Source: Barthelona sp. PCE | Taxonomy: Eukaryota | Reading direction: 5' to 3' | Assembly: GCA_040285745.1 (NCBI GenBank) | Contig: JAUFOR010000002.1 | Location: forward strand, 558,001 to 622,000 | DNA length: 64,000 nucleotides | Shown here: piece by piece, positions 50,801 through 58,671 of the stretch | Layout: every line of letters begins with the position of its first letter | How positions within the stretch are numbered: the stretch's first letter is position 1 | Translations under genes and position numbers: made by a program | Notes under the pieces: model-generated | The model's input: only the letters and a program-made list of their open reading frames with translations | Database searches by the model: none | What the model was told of the DNA's origin: nothing

Positions 50801-51384
50801 AGCTGGTTTTCAAGCATCTGTATAGACTGCATCAGCTCCTGTTGTTGCTTATGATGTTTGTTTTTAAGGTTTTGCGTATTCTTTGCATACGTGTCTTTCT
50901 CAATACGATATTGGAACTTAATGTTCTGCAATTCCTTAATTTGCTGTCGCAGTTTACGCATTTCTGCCTCATTACTTTGTTGATAGTTTGTGATTGCACC
51001 TTTCAACTCAACATTAGTTTCTTCAGTTTTCTCTAAAACAGCATCTGTGGGTGACATCTCAGGTTCTTTTGATTCTTTTGGTGTATTTGCCTCCACCTCT
51101 TGGTCTGTGGGGGGCCTTGATTTGTTAATAGATGCATCAGGAGCTACAGAAAAGAATTTTTCACTGGCTGAAGCTATTGGATCTGTTGCAAAAACTGGTT
51201 TCTTTTCAATTGTACGAGATGCAGGTGTTGAATTCCTTAGATTACCAAAAAATGCTGCCCCGCTACCCCTATCAGGTGCTGTATTCGGTAAAGAACCGGT
51301 AGGTTGTCTTCTAGCTCTTTTTTTGCTCCGCAACTTCTCAAACAACCTCTTTGGATCCTGTTCACGTGATTTTGGATTAATCAT
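44809..51384 (-). CDS. Long coiled-coil protein (2191 aa) with ~16.6 tandem 80-aa repeats
   Basis: Continuous ORF with E/K/L/A-rich heptad composition; repeat unit DELSPLPDQITELNAKIDEYERTIAASKDDHSRVSEEIIELRAAKSKAADDVAAKDEELMALTKRMEEAVSEISRCEKTI. Confidence 0.88.
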   Translation of the reverse strand: MINPKSREQDPKRLFEKLRSKKRARRQPTGSLPNTAPDRGSGAAFFGNLRNSTPASRTIEKKPVFATDPIASASEKFFSVAPDASINKSRPPTDQEVEANTPKESKEPEMSPTDAVLEKTEETNVELKGAITNYQQSNEAEMRKLRQQIKELQNIKFQYRIEKDTYAKNTQNLKNKHHKQQQELMQSIQMLENQLNIAKRKIESLEKTNASIDVEGIRNALSLYQDRNSKLIKRVELLTSDLKKVIDERDSFKDRHNEVVEEYIIVEQRYNELKEKNEEFLQVEELMNNHKQEVFVLVEEKRELMEKLKILTNEADELSPLPDQITELNAKIDEYERTIAASKDDHSRVSEEIIELRAAKSKAADDVAAKDEELMALTKRMEEAVSEISRCEKTIDELSPLPDQITELNAKIDEYERTIAASKDDHSRVSEEIIELRAAKSKAADDVAAKDEELMALTKRMEEAVSEISRCEKTIDELSPLPDQITELNAKIDEYERTIAASKDDHSRVSEEIIELRAAKSKAADDVAAKDAELMALTKRMEEAVSEISRCEKTIDELSPLPDQITELNAKIDEYERTIAASKDDHSRVSEEIIELRAAKSKAADDVAAKDEELMALTKRMEEAVSEISRCEKTIDELSPLPDQITELNAKIDEYERTIAASKDDHSRVSEEIIELRAAKSKAADDVAAKDEELMALTKRMEEAVSEISRCEKTIDELSPLPDQITELNAKIDEYERTIAASKDDHSRVSEEIIELRAAKSKAADDVAAKDEELMALTKRMEEAVSEISRCEKTIDELSPLPDQITELNAKIDEYERTIAASKDDHSRVSEEIIELRAAKSKAADDVAAKDAELMALTKRMEEAVSEISRCEKTIDELSPLPDQITELNAKIDEYERTIAASKDDHSRVSEEIIELRAAKSKAADDVAAKDEELMALTKRMEEAVSEISRCEKTIDELSPLPDQITELNAKIDEYERTIAASKDDHSRVSEEIIELRAAKSKAADDVAAKDEELMALTKRMEEAVSEISRCEKTIDELSPLPDQITELNAKIDEYERTIAASKDDHSRVSEEIIELRAAKSKAADDVAAKDAELMALTKRMEEAVSEISRCEKTIDELSPLPDQITELNAKIDEYERTIAASKDDHSRVSEEIIELRAAKSKAADDVAAKDEELMALTKRMEEAVSEISRCEKTIDELSPLPDQITELNAKIDEYERTIAASKDDHSRVSEEIIELRAAKSKAADDVAAKDAELMALTKRMEEAVSEISRCEKTIDELSPLPDQITELNAKIDEYERTIAASKDDHSRVSEEIIELRAAKSKAADDVAAKDEELMALTKRMEEAVSEISRCEKTIDELSPLPDQITELNAKIDEYERTIAASKDDHSRVSEEIIELRAAKSKAADDVAAKDEELMALTKRMEEAVSEISRCEKTIDELSPLPDQITELNAKIDEYERTIAASKDDHSRVSEEIIELRAAKSKAADDVAAKDEELMALTKRMEEAVSEISRCEKTIDELSPLPDQITELNAKIDEYERTIAASKDDHSRVSEEIIELRAAKSKAADDVAAKDEELMALTKRMEEAVSEISRCEKTIDELSPLPDQITELNAKIDEYERTIAASKDDHSRVSEEIIELRAAKEEDDVTVMLLEQQIREYQEAFSVVDSLETSFKEATEYCIELKEENTVLKNRIEDYETNEKEYSRMKEANDLLNSELILLREHLTSIEATQLENTALLITKRDQDEEKFSHYEHLVESITEDLRVTSEEKRVLKEENESLKEERRGMESHWIYNVENLRISMDAEYRRFIGIHNESMDTLQKNVESLLKNTSKLKADHSSLRVKYNDVLKQKKDLEDELSSDVYKEHSKLRNVFAKVSKDMSLPVSSNTYEQARAVLQHLKKRICNQREETIKAKGHLEAYQSTVRTMASQINEGSTTFDMSLNQPNSVRSLKKALKRLFKVKSVVKRKLPHPQVESPYKRREHLKQQNPKVYAHENITRTIEPESSVSSGESYQSTQEYVESLLTERLRLQARLNSTQLELEEMKKKERQAKYKLSSATSIYVNKDHKIAMLKEELHEKNMHIRSLEANANFAALQNTNFIPKPASVPVPVDTESVDSLDHITFAQEEPSSTLRYIDLGETNTVDKSVIMSKLRLHSDRSSTGLAHSIRDSIDTFRRQLSDQRSHFNNNHE
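46466..50440. repeat. 240-bp coding tandem repeat, ~16.6 copies
   Basis: The only difference I found between units is one T/G site (G at 47630, 48110, 48830, 49790), which changes DEE to DAE. Confidence 0.97.
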
Positions 51385-51440
51385 GAGAGGGAAAAATTGA
51401 AAAACAGCGTGTTAGTGCATTCTTCAACCTTCTCTTTTGA

Positions 51441-52697
51441 ATGACTATTAAATTACACCAGGTCGTTGGATGGGTCGCATTAGCGATAGTTTGGAACATT
51501 ATGAACACTTCGTTCTTTGCTACAGAGTTTGTCTATATTTTAGATGATTTTAACGTTACTGTTTATAGTAAGAGTGCATTGATTGCAACAATTATGGGTG
51601 CACTTCTTTTCCCTTCATTGGGTAAAGCAATGGATGAGAAGAAGAACGCATATGCTCTTCAAAATTTCAGTGTTTTTACGGGATGCGCACTTGCATTTTT
51701 AGTAGTTGTCCCCAAGGAGTCATTTGGAGTCCTTGCCAACAGTATAATTCTCATTACAACATATGTGTTAAGTATTTCTTTCCTCCGAATGAGTTTACTT
51801 TCAAATATTTCACTTCTAAGTCTATTTCCAAGTGAGTATAGGTTTAAAATCTCTCTTATAGGCAATTTTTCAGGTTTTACGTGTGCATTTTTAGTTTTTA
51901 AACTTTATCAGGTTTCTCACAATGGAAGTTTAGTTTTTCCATTGATTCAATGGTTAGGAAGCTTAAGTGCTTTGGAATACAGTATATTTACTATCAGTTT
52001 AGCTCTTTTCTTTGCGTTTTTTGTTCCAATGACACCTAGAACAAAGAAAAATCAGCATAATAGATCCTTTTTTCACTATTTTTTTAAAAATTTAGTTAAT
52101 CAACATAAGTTTTGGTCAAGCACTACTCCTTCCTCTACTAAAACATTCCTTCTATGTTATTTGTTCTATTCTGGTGCAGGATCAAACTTTTGTATTTTTA
52201 TCATCAAATATTTCAATGCAGTTTATGATACAAAACTTATAGAGGCTAGTTCTATCCAGCAAAGTATAATGTTTTTCCAGATCATGGGTACATTAGTAGG
52301 ATTATTGTTACAAAAATATTTTCAAAAATTAAAAAGGGCAAAGATTTTACTTCTGTTTTTAACAATCGCATACATTATTTGTTTTATTTCAATTGAATCT
52401 GTTAATAACAAAGCTCTTGTCAAATACTTTGGTTATTGTATTGCTTTTTGTTACAGTTGGAATGCATCAATTAGTAGAGGTTTTATTACTAAAGTTTGTC
52501 CCAGTGAATTGATGAATGAAAGTATGGGTTGGTACAGCTGCTTCACTTATCTCTCAATTACATTATGTTCATTGCTTTTTGTTATCTTTTCTGTTCGATT
52601 TATGCCAATTGTGTGTTCTCTTTTAGCAGTTCCGTCGTTTTACTTCTTTTTCAAGCTTGATTGTGTTGAGTCTGATGAGTATGTATCACTTGACTAG
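51441..52697 (+). CDS. MFS transporter, Atg22/UMF1-like
   Basis: About 11-12 hydrophobic segments; LGKAMDEKK (MFS motif A-like), FLLCYLFYSG and ISRGFITKVCPSELMNESMGWYS resemble the Atg22/UMF1 family. Confidence 0.7.
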   Translation: MTIKLHQVVGWVALAIVWNIMNTSFFATEFVYILDDFNVTVYSKSALIATIMGALLFPSLGKAMDEKKNAYALQNFSVFTGCALAFLVVVPKESFGVLANSIILITTYVLSISFLRMSLLSNISLLSLFPSEYRFKISLIGNFSGFTCAFLVFKLYQVSHNGSLVFPLIQWLGSLSALEYSIFTISLALFFAFFVPMTPRTKKNQHNRSFFHYFFKNLVNQHKFWSSTTPSSTKTFLLCYLFYSGAGSNFCIFIIKYFNAVYDTKLIEASSIQQSIMFFQIMGTLVGLLLQKYFQKLKRAKILLLFLTIAYIICFISIESVNNKALVKYFGYCIAFCYSWNASISRGFITKVCPSELMNESMGWYSCFTYLSITLCSLLFVIFSVRFMPIVCSLLAVPSFYFFFKLDCVESDEYVSLD

Positions 52698-53034
52698 TCT
52701 TTTTTCAATAAAGTGATTAATTGTCAAAAATATTTAATAACAAACATTTTCACACTATTCTTTGTATTAAATGAAGGTTTACCTTCGTAAAATTCAAAAA
52801 ATTGCAGTAATCTGTGCTCAAATTATATATACGAGTAAAATAAATTTTTTCTACACACTAATACTTATATATATAAATTTTTCAAGGTTTATTGATAATG
52901 GTATTGTTTTTTATCCGTTATTCTACAATTTATTTCTTTGTAATTCATGTTTTTGAAAAAAATCATTTTCCATTGGTCAACTTCAACATAGTTTTATTGA
53001 AGTACTTTGAAATAATTTATCTAATTAAAATGAT

Positions 53035-53230
53035 ACCTGACGCCGGCATTGCTCGTTGTGCTCACGCGGGAAGGCTCGCCTTCACGTGTAGAGGGTGTTT
53101 CGTCCGGGAAGTGGCCTAAAACCCCTTTTTTTTTTGAAAAGGGCAAGAAAAACCGTATCGGGTCCTACGGACACCCACTACACATGACTGTTCGCTTCGT
53201 CCCCCTCCGTGGTTTACTACCCCAAGTATA
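53035..53230 (+). ncRNA. Putative structured ncRNA (telomerase-RNA-like candidate)
   Basis: GC-rich island inside very AT-rich intergenic DNA. Long-range helix 53083-53103 / 53167-53186, hairpin GAAGG-CTCG-CCTTC, enclosed CCTAAAACCCCT, and U-rich/A-rich tracts able to form a pseudoknot. Strand and identity are uncertain. Confidence 0.4.
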
Positions 53231-53349
53231 AAGTCTGAAGGCTAGCACCTGTATGTTACCTATTACAAACACTAAAGGATGTTTCTCAATTCCAATTTCA
53301 AACGTGTGCGATTTATTAAGAACAGAGAGGTGCGAGAGAAAGAATGCTA

Positions 53350-54085
53350 TTAGACGGCGTAGATCATGCCAGCCGCTGAGTTGACGATGTATGTGTTTGA
53401 GAATGTACCATGCTTGAGGACAGAGCCGAGGGAGTACTCGACTGTGAGGCTTATCTGACAGTTGTTGATGTCAGAGACTGGAGAAACGTTGGCGATTACA
53501 GTTTTTGCCACAGAAGCGTTACACTCGTACATCCAGCCACAGGTGAGTTCCTCTACATTAACGCTGGCATCACGGATGTAGAAAGACTCGTCACCAGGAA
53601 CCTTAGTTTGAACGTAAGCCTCGATACGGACACCAAAGGAAAAGACGACCTGACCAAGTACGTTCTTGATCTCAATGCGGTCGCGCTTTGTCTTGAGCAT
53701 GCCGCCGTACAAGTCGAACAAGCCGAACCCGCTGCGAACACAGCTTGCAGAGCCGCCCTTTGAGCTTGAGACGGGACGACCCTTCTCAATGAGACCGTAG
53801 ATACGCTCTCCAAGAGAGATCATACCATCAATGTCCATGGATCCGGCTGAATTGCTGAATGCGGAGTTCTTGGCGCTGGGGACAAACTCATCAAAGTCGC
53901 TGAGGGACTCTACTGAGTCAATCATAAAGTAGCGAGGATCGTGTGCATCCATCGCTTTTTTCGGCTTGGATATCGCTTCTGCGTCTCGTGGGTCTGCCGC
54001 GAGATCCAGCTGTCTGTCTACGCGGCTGTCTGGCAATTGCTGCTGAGATAATCAGCGCAAAAAAGAGTATCTGAATGAGTTTCAT
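53350..54085 (-). pseudogene. Frameshifted copy of the secreted-protein gene at 57937-58671
   Basis: A6 instead of A5 in GCCGAAAAAAGCG shifts the signal-peptide frame to ...IQAEKSDGCTRSSLLYD*. This could be a homopolymer sequencing error. Confidence 0.6.
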
Positions 54086-54348
54086 CTTTGGTTGTGTGAT
54101 TTTGAGGAAAAAAAAGAAGGTGTACAGATGTAAACGGGTGAATAGGGTTGCAAAAGCAGATGCATTAATTGAGATTAGCTCCATAATTTGGTTTTGGTTA
54201 TATGATTTCGACGTCACCAAAGGGTGAATCCGCCGTGGCAGTGCATGTACTGGTAAGTCAGGTGCTTTATTTAGAGTGTGAGCGGAAATTGGGTTTCGTC
54301 GCACTATCCTGGAGTTATGGTGTGATCTTGGGGATTAGGTGCTTGGCT

Positions 54349-54368
54349 CCCACCCCGCCCCCGCCCCC
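54349..54368 (-). promoter_or_regulatory. G-quadruplex / GC-box element (left-arm copy)
   Basis: Complement of G5-C-G5-C-G4-T-G3. Confidence 0.55.
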
Positions 54369-54449
54369 GCACTCGCTGCGATTGGTTCATACGATGGGTT
54401 CTTGTTTTGTTTATTCATCCCTATCAATTGACAAAAGAAGATACAACCA

Positions 54450-55505
54450 ATGCAACGCTCGCCACCGACAATAAGACATCTTAAACTACCAAGTGATAAT
54501 ATTATCAAAGAAGAAATATTTGCAAATGTTGCAGAAAATGATTTTACAAAGCACGCAATTGATATTTTGCTTGCAACACGACATCAAGTAGTAGGTATAG
54601 TTACGGATCCCATTTACCCATACCCGTTGTATCAAGATGGTGAAAATGTAGTGGCTGTAGAGGATACTTTAAGTCCAGTCTCAAAGTTTGGAGGGGAGAA
54701 ACCGTTCATGTGTGAGGCATATCCCACATACCCAATGTATGAATGTGATGGGAGCACTAAACCATACCAATTTATCGGACAGGTTATGGTTAAAACACTT
54801 CCCGGTGGATTTATGCAGTTTCCAGATGATCTAGCAATGATTCAGATGTTCCTACCTTCACCTATGGATCTTGAAGGATATGATGATTTATTAATGCGCT
54901 TTCTATCCGATAATGATCTTTTATCCCCTATTGAAGATTTTGAGTATCCTTACATGGATAATGTTGAAAAGCATAACAAAAATGAGTTGAAGTATGTGAA
55001 GGAGTGGGTTGTGCATGATCAATTCGCATCTATTGGAGAAACAGGCATTCTTTACGATTACGGCTACGATGTTTTTGATAGAGGTCAGCGTAATCCTCCT
55101 TACAACGAAGTCAAGGACCTGTATCCATTGCTCGAATTAATTAATAAGCAGGTAGCAAATATTAGATTCATGGAAGAAGACAGTCTACCTATCATCCCAC
55201 GTGGACGCCCGCGTTGGTTTTCTACTGTTAGTAGGAATGATCAGACGCGTCTTTTCAGTCCATTAGGGAATTTTGCTCAAGAACCTGAAATTAAATTTAG
55301 TATCTTACCAAGATCTTTGCATCAAAAGAATATTAACAGATTTTTTATTACTCTAGATTGGTGTAGAGTCTTAGGAGGTCGTGAAGGAGGCTATATGTTT
55401 GGCGATGCAGGAGTTATGAATGTCGTTTTAAACACTGGTTCTATCAGATCTGTACTACAAAACCATGCAGGTTCTTGTTGGTCAGCTGATTGGGATTGTA
55501 GCTAA
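54450..55505 (+). CDS. DUF1963/YwqG-like protein
   Basis: SKFGGEKPF...PYQFIGQV...LP...IQMFL and C-terminal FITLD...MFGDAGVMNVVL...WDCS resemble the YwqG/DUF1963 pattern. Confidence 0.6.
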   Translation: MQRSPPTIRHLKLPSDNIIKEEIFANVAENDFTKHAIDILLATRHQVVGIVTDPIYPYPLYQDGENVVAVEDTLSPVSKFGGEKPFMCEAYPTYPMYECDGSTKPYQFIGQVMVKTLPGGFMQFPDDLAMIQMFLPSPMDLEGYDDLLMRFLSDNDLLSPIEDFEYPYMDNVEKHNKNELKYVKEWVVHDQFASIGETGILYDYGYDVFDRGQRNPPYNEVKDLYPLLELINKQVANIRFMEEDSLPIIPRGRPRWFSTVSRNDQTRLFSPLGNFAQEPEIKFSILPRSLHQKNINRFFITLDWCRVLGGREGGYMFGDAGVMNVVLNTGSIRSVLQNHAGSCWSADWDCS

Positions 55506-55541
55506 AACATAGTTGTAAAAAAAGCCATACTAAAAAGTTTA

Positions 55542-56216
55542 TTAGTTCTCATAAATGGAACCAGTTCTTCCATCCAAACGGAAGGTGCTGGAGTAAGAAC
55601 CATCCTTTAAGAGGGTGGAAACGTGGTAATCAAAGATCATCTGGGCTTCACAAACAGGTGTTGCGCTATTTCCGGTGTTAATAACACTGTTCTTGACTGC
55701 AGCCTTACAGGTATAACCCCAGGCACACTCAAAAGAGCTCATGCGAACAGCGGCATCCTTGATAAAGTATCCAGCGTGCTCATCGGTCTGGAGGTTGTAG
55801 TAACCCTCAATTCTAAGATCAAACTTAGCAACAGTAAGGGAGTACAGATTCTTAAAGACAATAGAAGTCCTTCCACTTGTTCTTCTGGCACCGAACAGGC
55901 TCCAAATGTCATCCTTCAGATGAGGAGGAACACATGAAATTGAACCGAGCTTAGACTCAGTAACGGGCTTTCCTTTCTCAATAATTTCATAAACCTTCTC
56001 ACCGATAGCAATAACCTTACCCCAATCAACATTACGGGCAGGAGGGGGTGTTTGATCAGGACGGTAGACCTTGACAGTTTCAACTAAGGGTTCAGGAGTA
56101 TATGCATCCTCTGTGATAATATCGACTGAAGCGATAGTGAAGTATTTGGGGTCGTTCTCGTAAGAAGCAGCAGACGTCAGAACGAATATTAAGCAAATTA
56201 AAGCAAGTACTTTCAT
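55542..56216 (-). CDS. Secreted beta-rich protein, paralog of the inverted-repeat gene
   Basis: Signal peptide MKVLALICLIFVLTSA; shares DPxYF, GExxYxxIEKGxPV, SCV, KN, RIExY, IxDA, CxWxYxC and LKxG with 57937-58671. Confidence 0.85.
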   Translation of the reverse strand: MKVLALICLIFVLTSAASYENDPKYFTIASVDIITEDAYTPEPLVETVKVYRPDQTPPPARNVDWGKVIAIGEKVYEIIEKGKPVTESKLGSISCVPPHLKDDIWSLFGARRTSGRTSIVFKNLYSLTVAKFDLRIEGYYNLQTDEHAGYFIKDAAVRMSSFECAWGYTCKAAVKNSVINTGNSATPVCEAQMIFDYHVSTLLKDGSYSSTFRLDGRTGSIYEN

Positions 56217-56551
56217 GATAAAGTTATTTTAACAAAATACGGGATTCAGCTCATATTGATCTGCTTAACTGCTTGGCTCTTTGAAATAAAGACAGTTGTG
56301 ATCTTTGGAATTCCGTGAAAAGCCTGCTAAGCATTGTTTTTTATTTATTCATGTTTTTTGCATATTACAAGAATAAATATGTTAATTATACTGTTTAATA
56401 TGAAATAATATCGATAGTTTATTAATATCTAAACAGTATTAAATGCTTGTGCTTGGTGGAAAAAAATCGCAGGCAAATCTGCTTTTGGCTCTTTTATTCT
56501 CTGTGCTGGTAATAAAGGAATTGATCTTTGGAGCACACTTTACACAATTAT

Positions 56552-57544
56552 CTATTCAAACATGAGCCCATGCTCCTTACAAACCTTTTCTAAATCTTCA
56601 ATTCTCTTATCTTTTAATGATAAAAGACCTTGCAATCGACGGATTTCACTCTGAAATACATTGTGTTGACCCGGACTGACTTTATGTACTGGTTTCCTTC
56701 TTCTTTTAGGTGGAGATGCAGTCTCTCCCGTTAAAATCGAATGCAATTGATCTTTACGTGGCTCAAGAGACATAAGTTCATTTTCATTCATTGAATCAAG
56801 TCGATCTAAAGGTTTCAACTGTTTAAGACTGTTTTCACCCAATATAATGCTCTCCAGATTCTCAGTGGTTGCTACAATAGACAAACTTGTACTCCTTGAC
56901 TTCTTTTTAAATGCCTGATCAGGAGTACTTTTGTTGATCGAAAAGTTTCTAACAATTCCTTCAAGCTGTTCTACTTTACGCTGAAGTTTTGCCTTCTCAA
57001 CATCATTTTTTTGTTGATCTGCACACAATTCAAAAATTCGTTGATCACGTTCGTTGCAGGCATTACGTAGCTTTTTTGATTTTTCAGCCAACTTGCTCAA
57101 TTCTGAGCTCAACATGTCATATTGCTGTGATATTCGATCTGTCTCTAGTCTTCTGGCCTCTGCAAGCTGTGAGAGCGTTGTAACATTCGTAGTTGTTAAA
57201 TTTGTGGTCTCCAAACGACGAACAACTTCTGTTATTGGCAATACCTCTTGTTTGGTCATTTGTTGATACAACCTTTCATTCTCTTCAATGATGTTATCAT
57301 AATCTGTGCACATTTCATGGAGATTAGTCTCTTCATCATCAAAAAGTGTCAAAGCTTTTGATAGAATATCAATAATTTCTTCAACTTTTGGTAAGGCTGC
57401 TTCTGTGATACCACCCATCTGTCTTGTAACGTCCAATGAGCGAGATCCTTCATCTACTAATGACTTAATAAATAAAAGGAGTTCAATAATTGTGTTATCC
57501 CCTTGAATGCTGTTAATATCGTCATCTATGCTCCCCAAATCCAT
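56552..57544 (-). CDS. Hypothetical coiled-coil protein
   Basis: 330-aa ORF with heptad-rich segments; no family recognised. Confidence 0.75.
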   Translation of the reverse strand: MDLGSIDDDINSIQGDNTIIELLLFIKSLVDEGSRSLDVTRQMGGITEAALPKVEEIIDILSKALTLFDDEETNLHEMCTDYDNIIEENERLYQQMTKQEVLPITEVVRRLETTNLTTTNVTTLSQLAEARRLETDRISQQYDMLSSELSKLAEKSKKLRNACNERDQRIFELCADQQKNDVEKAKLQRKVEQLEGIVRNFSINKSTPDQAFKKKSRSTSLSIVATTENLESIILGENSLKQLKPLDRLDSMNENELMSLEPRKDQLHSILTGETASPPKRRRKPVHKVSPGQHNVFQSEIRRLQGLLSLKDKRIEDLEKVCKEHGLMFE

Positions 57545-57653
57545 TTATATGGTTGATCTTGACACGAAATATGGTAAGTGTGTTTGAAAAAGGTGCAAGC
57601 TGCAAAATCAAATTTGTTCACGATTGTTCGTATGAACCAATCGCAGCGAGTGC

Positions 57654-57673
57654 GGGGGCGGGGGCGGGGTGGG
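57654..57673 (+). promoter_or_regulatory. G-quadruplex / GC-box element with nearby CCAAT
   Basis: GGGGGCGGGGGCGGGGTGGG: four G-runs with 1-nt loops; CCAAT at 57637-57641. Confidence 0.55.
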
Positions 57674-57936
57674 AGCCAAGCACCTAATCCCCAAGATCAC
57701 ACCATAACTCCAGGATAGTGCGACGAAACCCAATTTCCGCTCACACTCTAAATAAAGCACCTGACTTACCAGTACATGCACTGCCACGGCGGATTCACCC
57801 TTTGGTGACGTCGAAATCATATAACCAAAACCAAATTATGGAGCTAATCTCAATTAATGCATCTGCTTTTGCAACCCTATTCACCCGTTTACATCTGTAC
57901 ACCTTCTTTTTTTTCCTCAAAATCACACAACCAAAG

Positions 57937-58671
57937 ATGAAACTCATTCAGATACTCTTTTTTGCGCTGATTATCTCAGCAGCAATTGCCAGACAGCCGC
58001 GTAGACAGACAGCTGGATCTCGCGGCAGACCCACGAGACGCAGAAGCGATATCCAAGCCGAAAAAGCGATGGATGCACACGATCCTCGCTACTTTATGAT
58101 TGACTCAGTAGAGTCCCTCAGCGACTTTGATGAGTTTGTCCCCAGCGCCAAGAACTCCGCATTCAGCAATTCAGCCGGATCCATGGACATTGATGGTATG
58201 ATCTCTCTTGGAGAGCGTATCTACGGTCTCATTGAGAAGGGTCGTCCCGTCTCAAGCTCAAAGGGCGGCTCTGCAAGCTGTGTTCGCAGCGGGTTCGGCT
58301 TGTTCGACTTGTACGGCGGCATGCTCAAGACAAAGCGCGACCGCATTGAGATCAAGAACGTACTTGGTCAGGTCGTCTTTTCCTTTGGTGTCCGTATCGA
58401 GGCTTACGTTCAAACTAAGGTTCCTGGTGACGAGTCTTTCTACATCCGTGATGCCAGCGTTAATGTAGAGGAACTCACCTGTGGCTGGATGTACGAGTGT
58501 AACGCTTCTGTGGCAAAAACTGTAATCGCCAACGTTTCTCCAGTCTCTGACATCAACAACTGTCAGATAAGCCTCACAGTCGAGTACTCCCTCGGCTCTG
58601 TCCTCAAGCATGGTACATTCTCAAACACATACATCGTCAACTCAGCGGCTGGCATGATCTACGCCGTCTAA
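57937..58671 (+). CDS. Secreted beta-rich protein (244 aa), intact copy
   Basis: Signal peptide MKLIQILFFALIISAAIA, an Arg-rich linker, then a domain shared with 55542-56216. The ORF track's upstream extension is probably not coding. Confidence 0.85.
   Translation: MKLIQILFFALIISAAIARQPRRQTAGSRGRPTRRRSDIQAEKAMDAHDPRYFMIDSVESLSDFDEFVPSAKNSAFSNSAGSMDIDGMISLGERIYGLIEKGRPVSSSKGGSASCVRSGFGLFDLYGGMLKTKRDRIEIKNVLGQVVFSFGVRIEAYVQTKVPGDESFYIRDASVNVEELTCGWMYECNASVAKTVIANVSPVSDINNCQISLTVEYSLGSVLKHGTFSNTYIVNSAAGMIYAV

Larger units (their letters stand above)
53304..54394 (-). repeat. Inverted repeat, left arm (1091 bp)
   Basis: Reverse complement of 57628-58717; the only difference I found is one extra base in a homopolymer (T6 at 53956-53961). 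Confidence 0.95.

Noticed and set aside
53035-53245. U3, U2, RNase P/MRP, SRP or hammerhead identity for the GC-rich island
   Set aside because: Only isolated words match (GAC...ATACTT, GTAGTA, GGACGAAAC, GGGAAG); the partner motifs (C/D boxes, CR-V, CTGATGA, SRP helix 8) were not found.
57571-57579. ATG|GTAAGT as a possible first exon for the right-arm gene
   Set aside because: No CT(A/C)AC-N4-AG acceptor before 57937; it more likely belongs to the leader of the minus-strand gene.
57764-57842. U1 snRNA-like ACTTACC with a downstream AATTATGG Sm-like site (GTAAGT donor on the other strand)
   Set aside because: No U1-70K loop or proper stem I/II arrangement, and no matching branch/acceptor for an intron.
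57718-57936. N-terminal extension of the 317-aa ORF and the mirrored ORFs at 53918-54304, 54202-54474 and 57608-57820
   Set aside because: They cover promoter sequence; the signal peptide and the paralog support ATG 57937.
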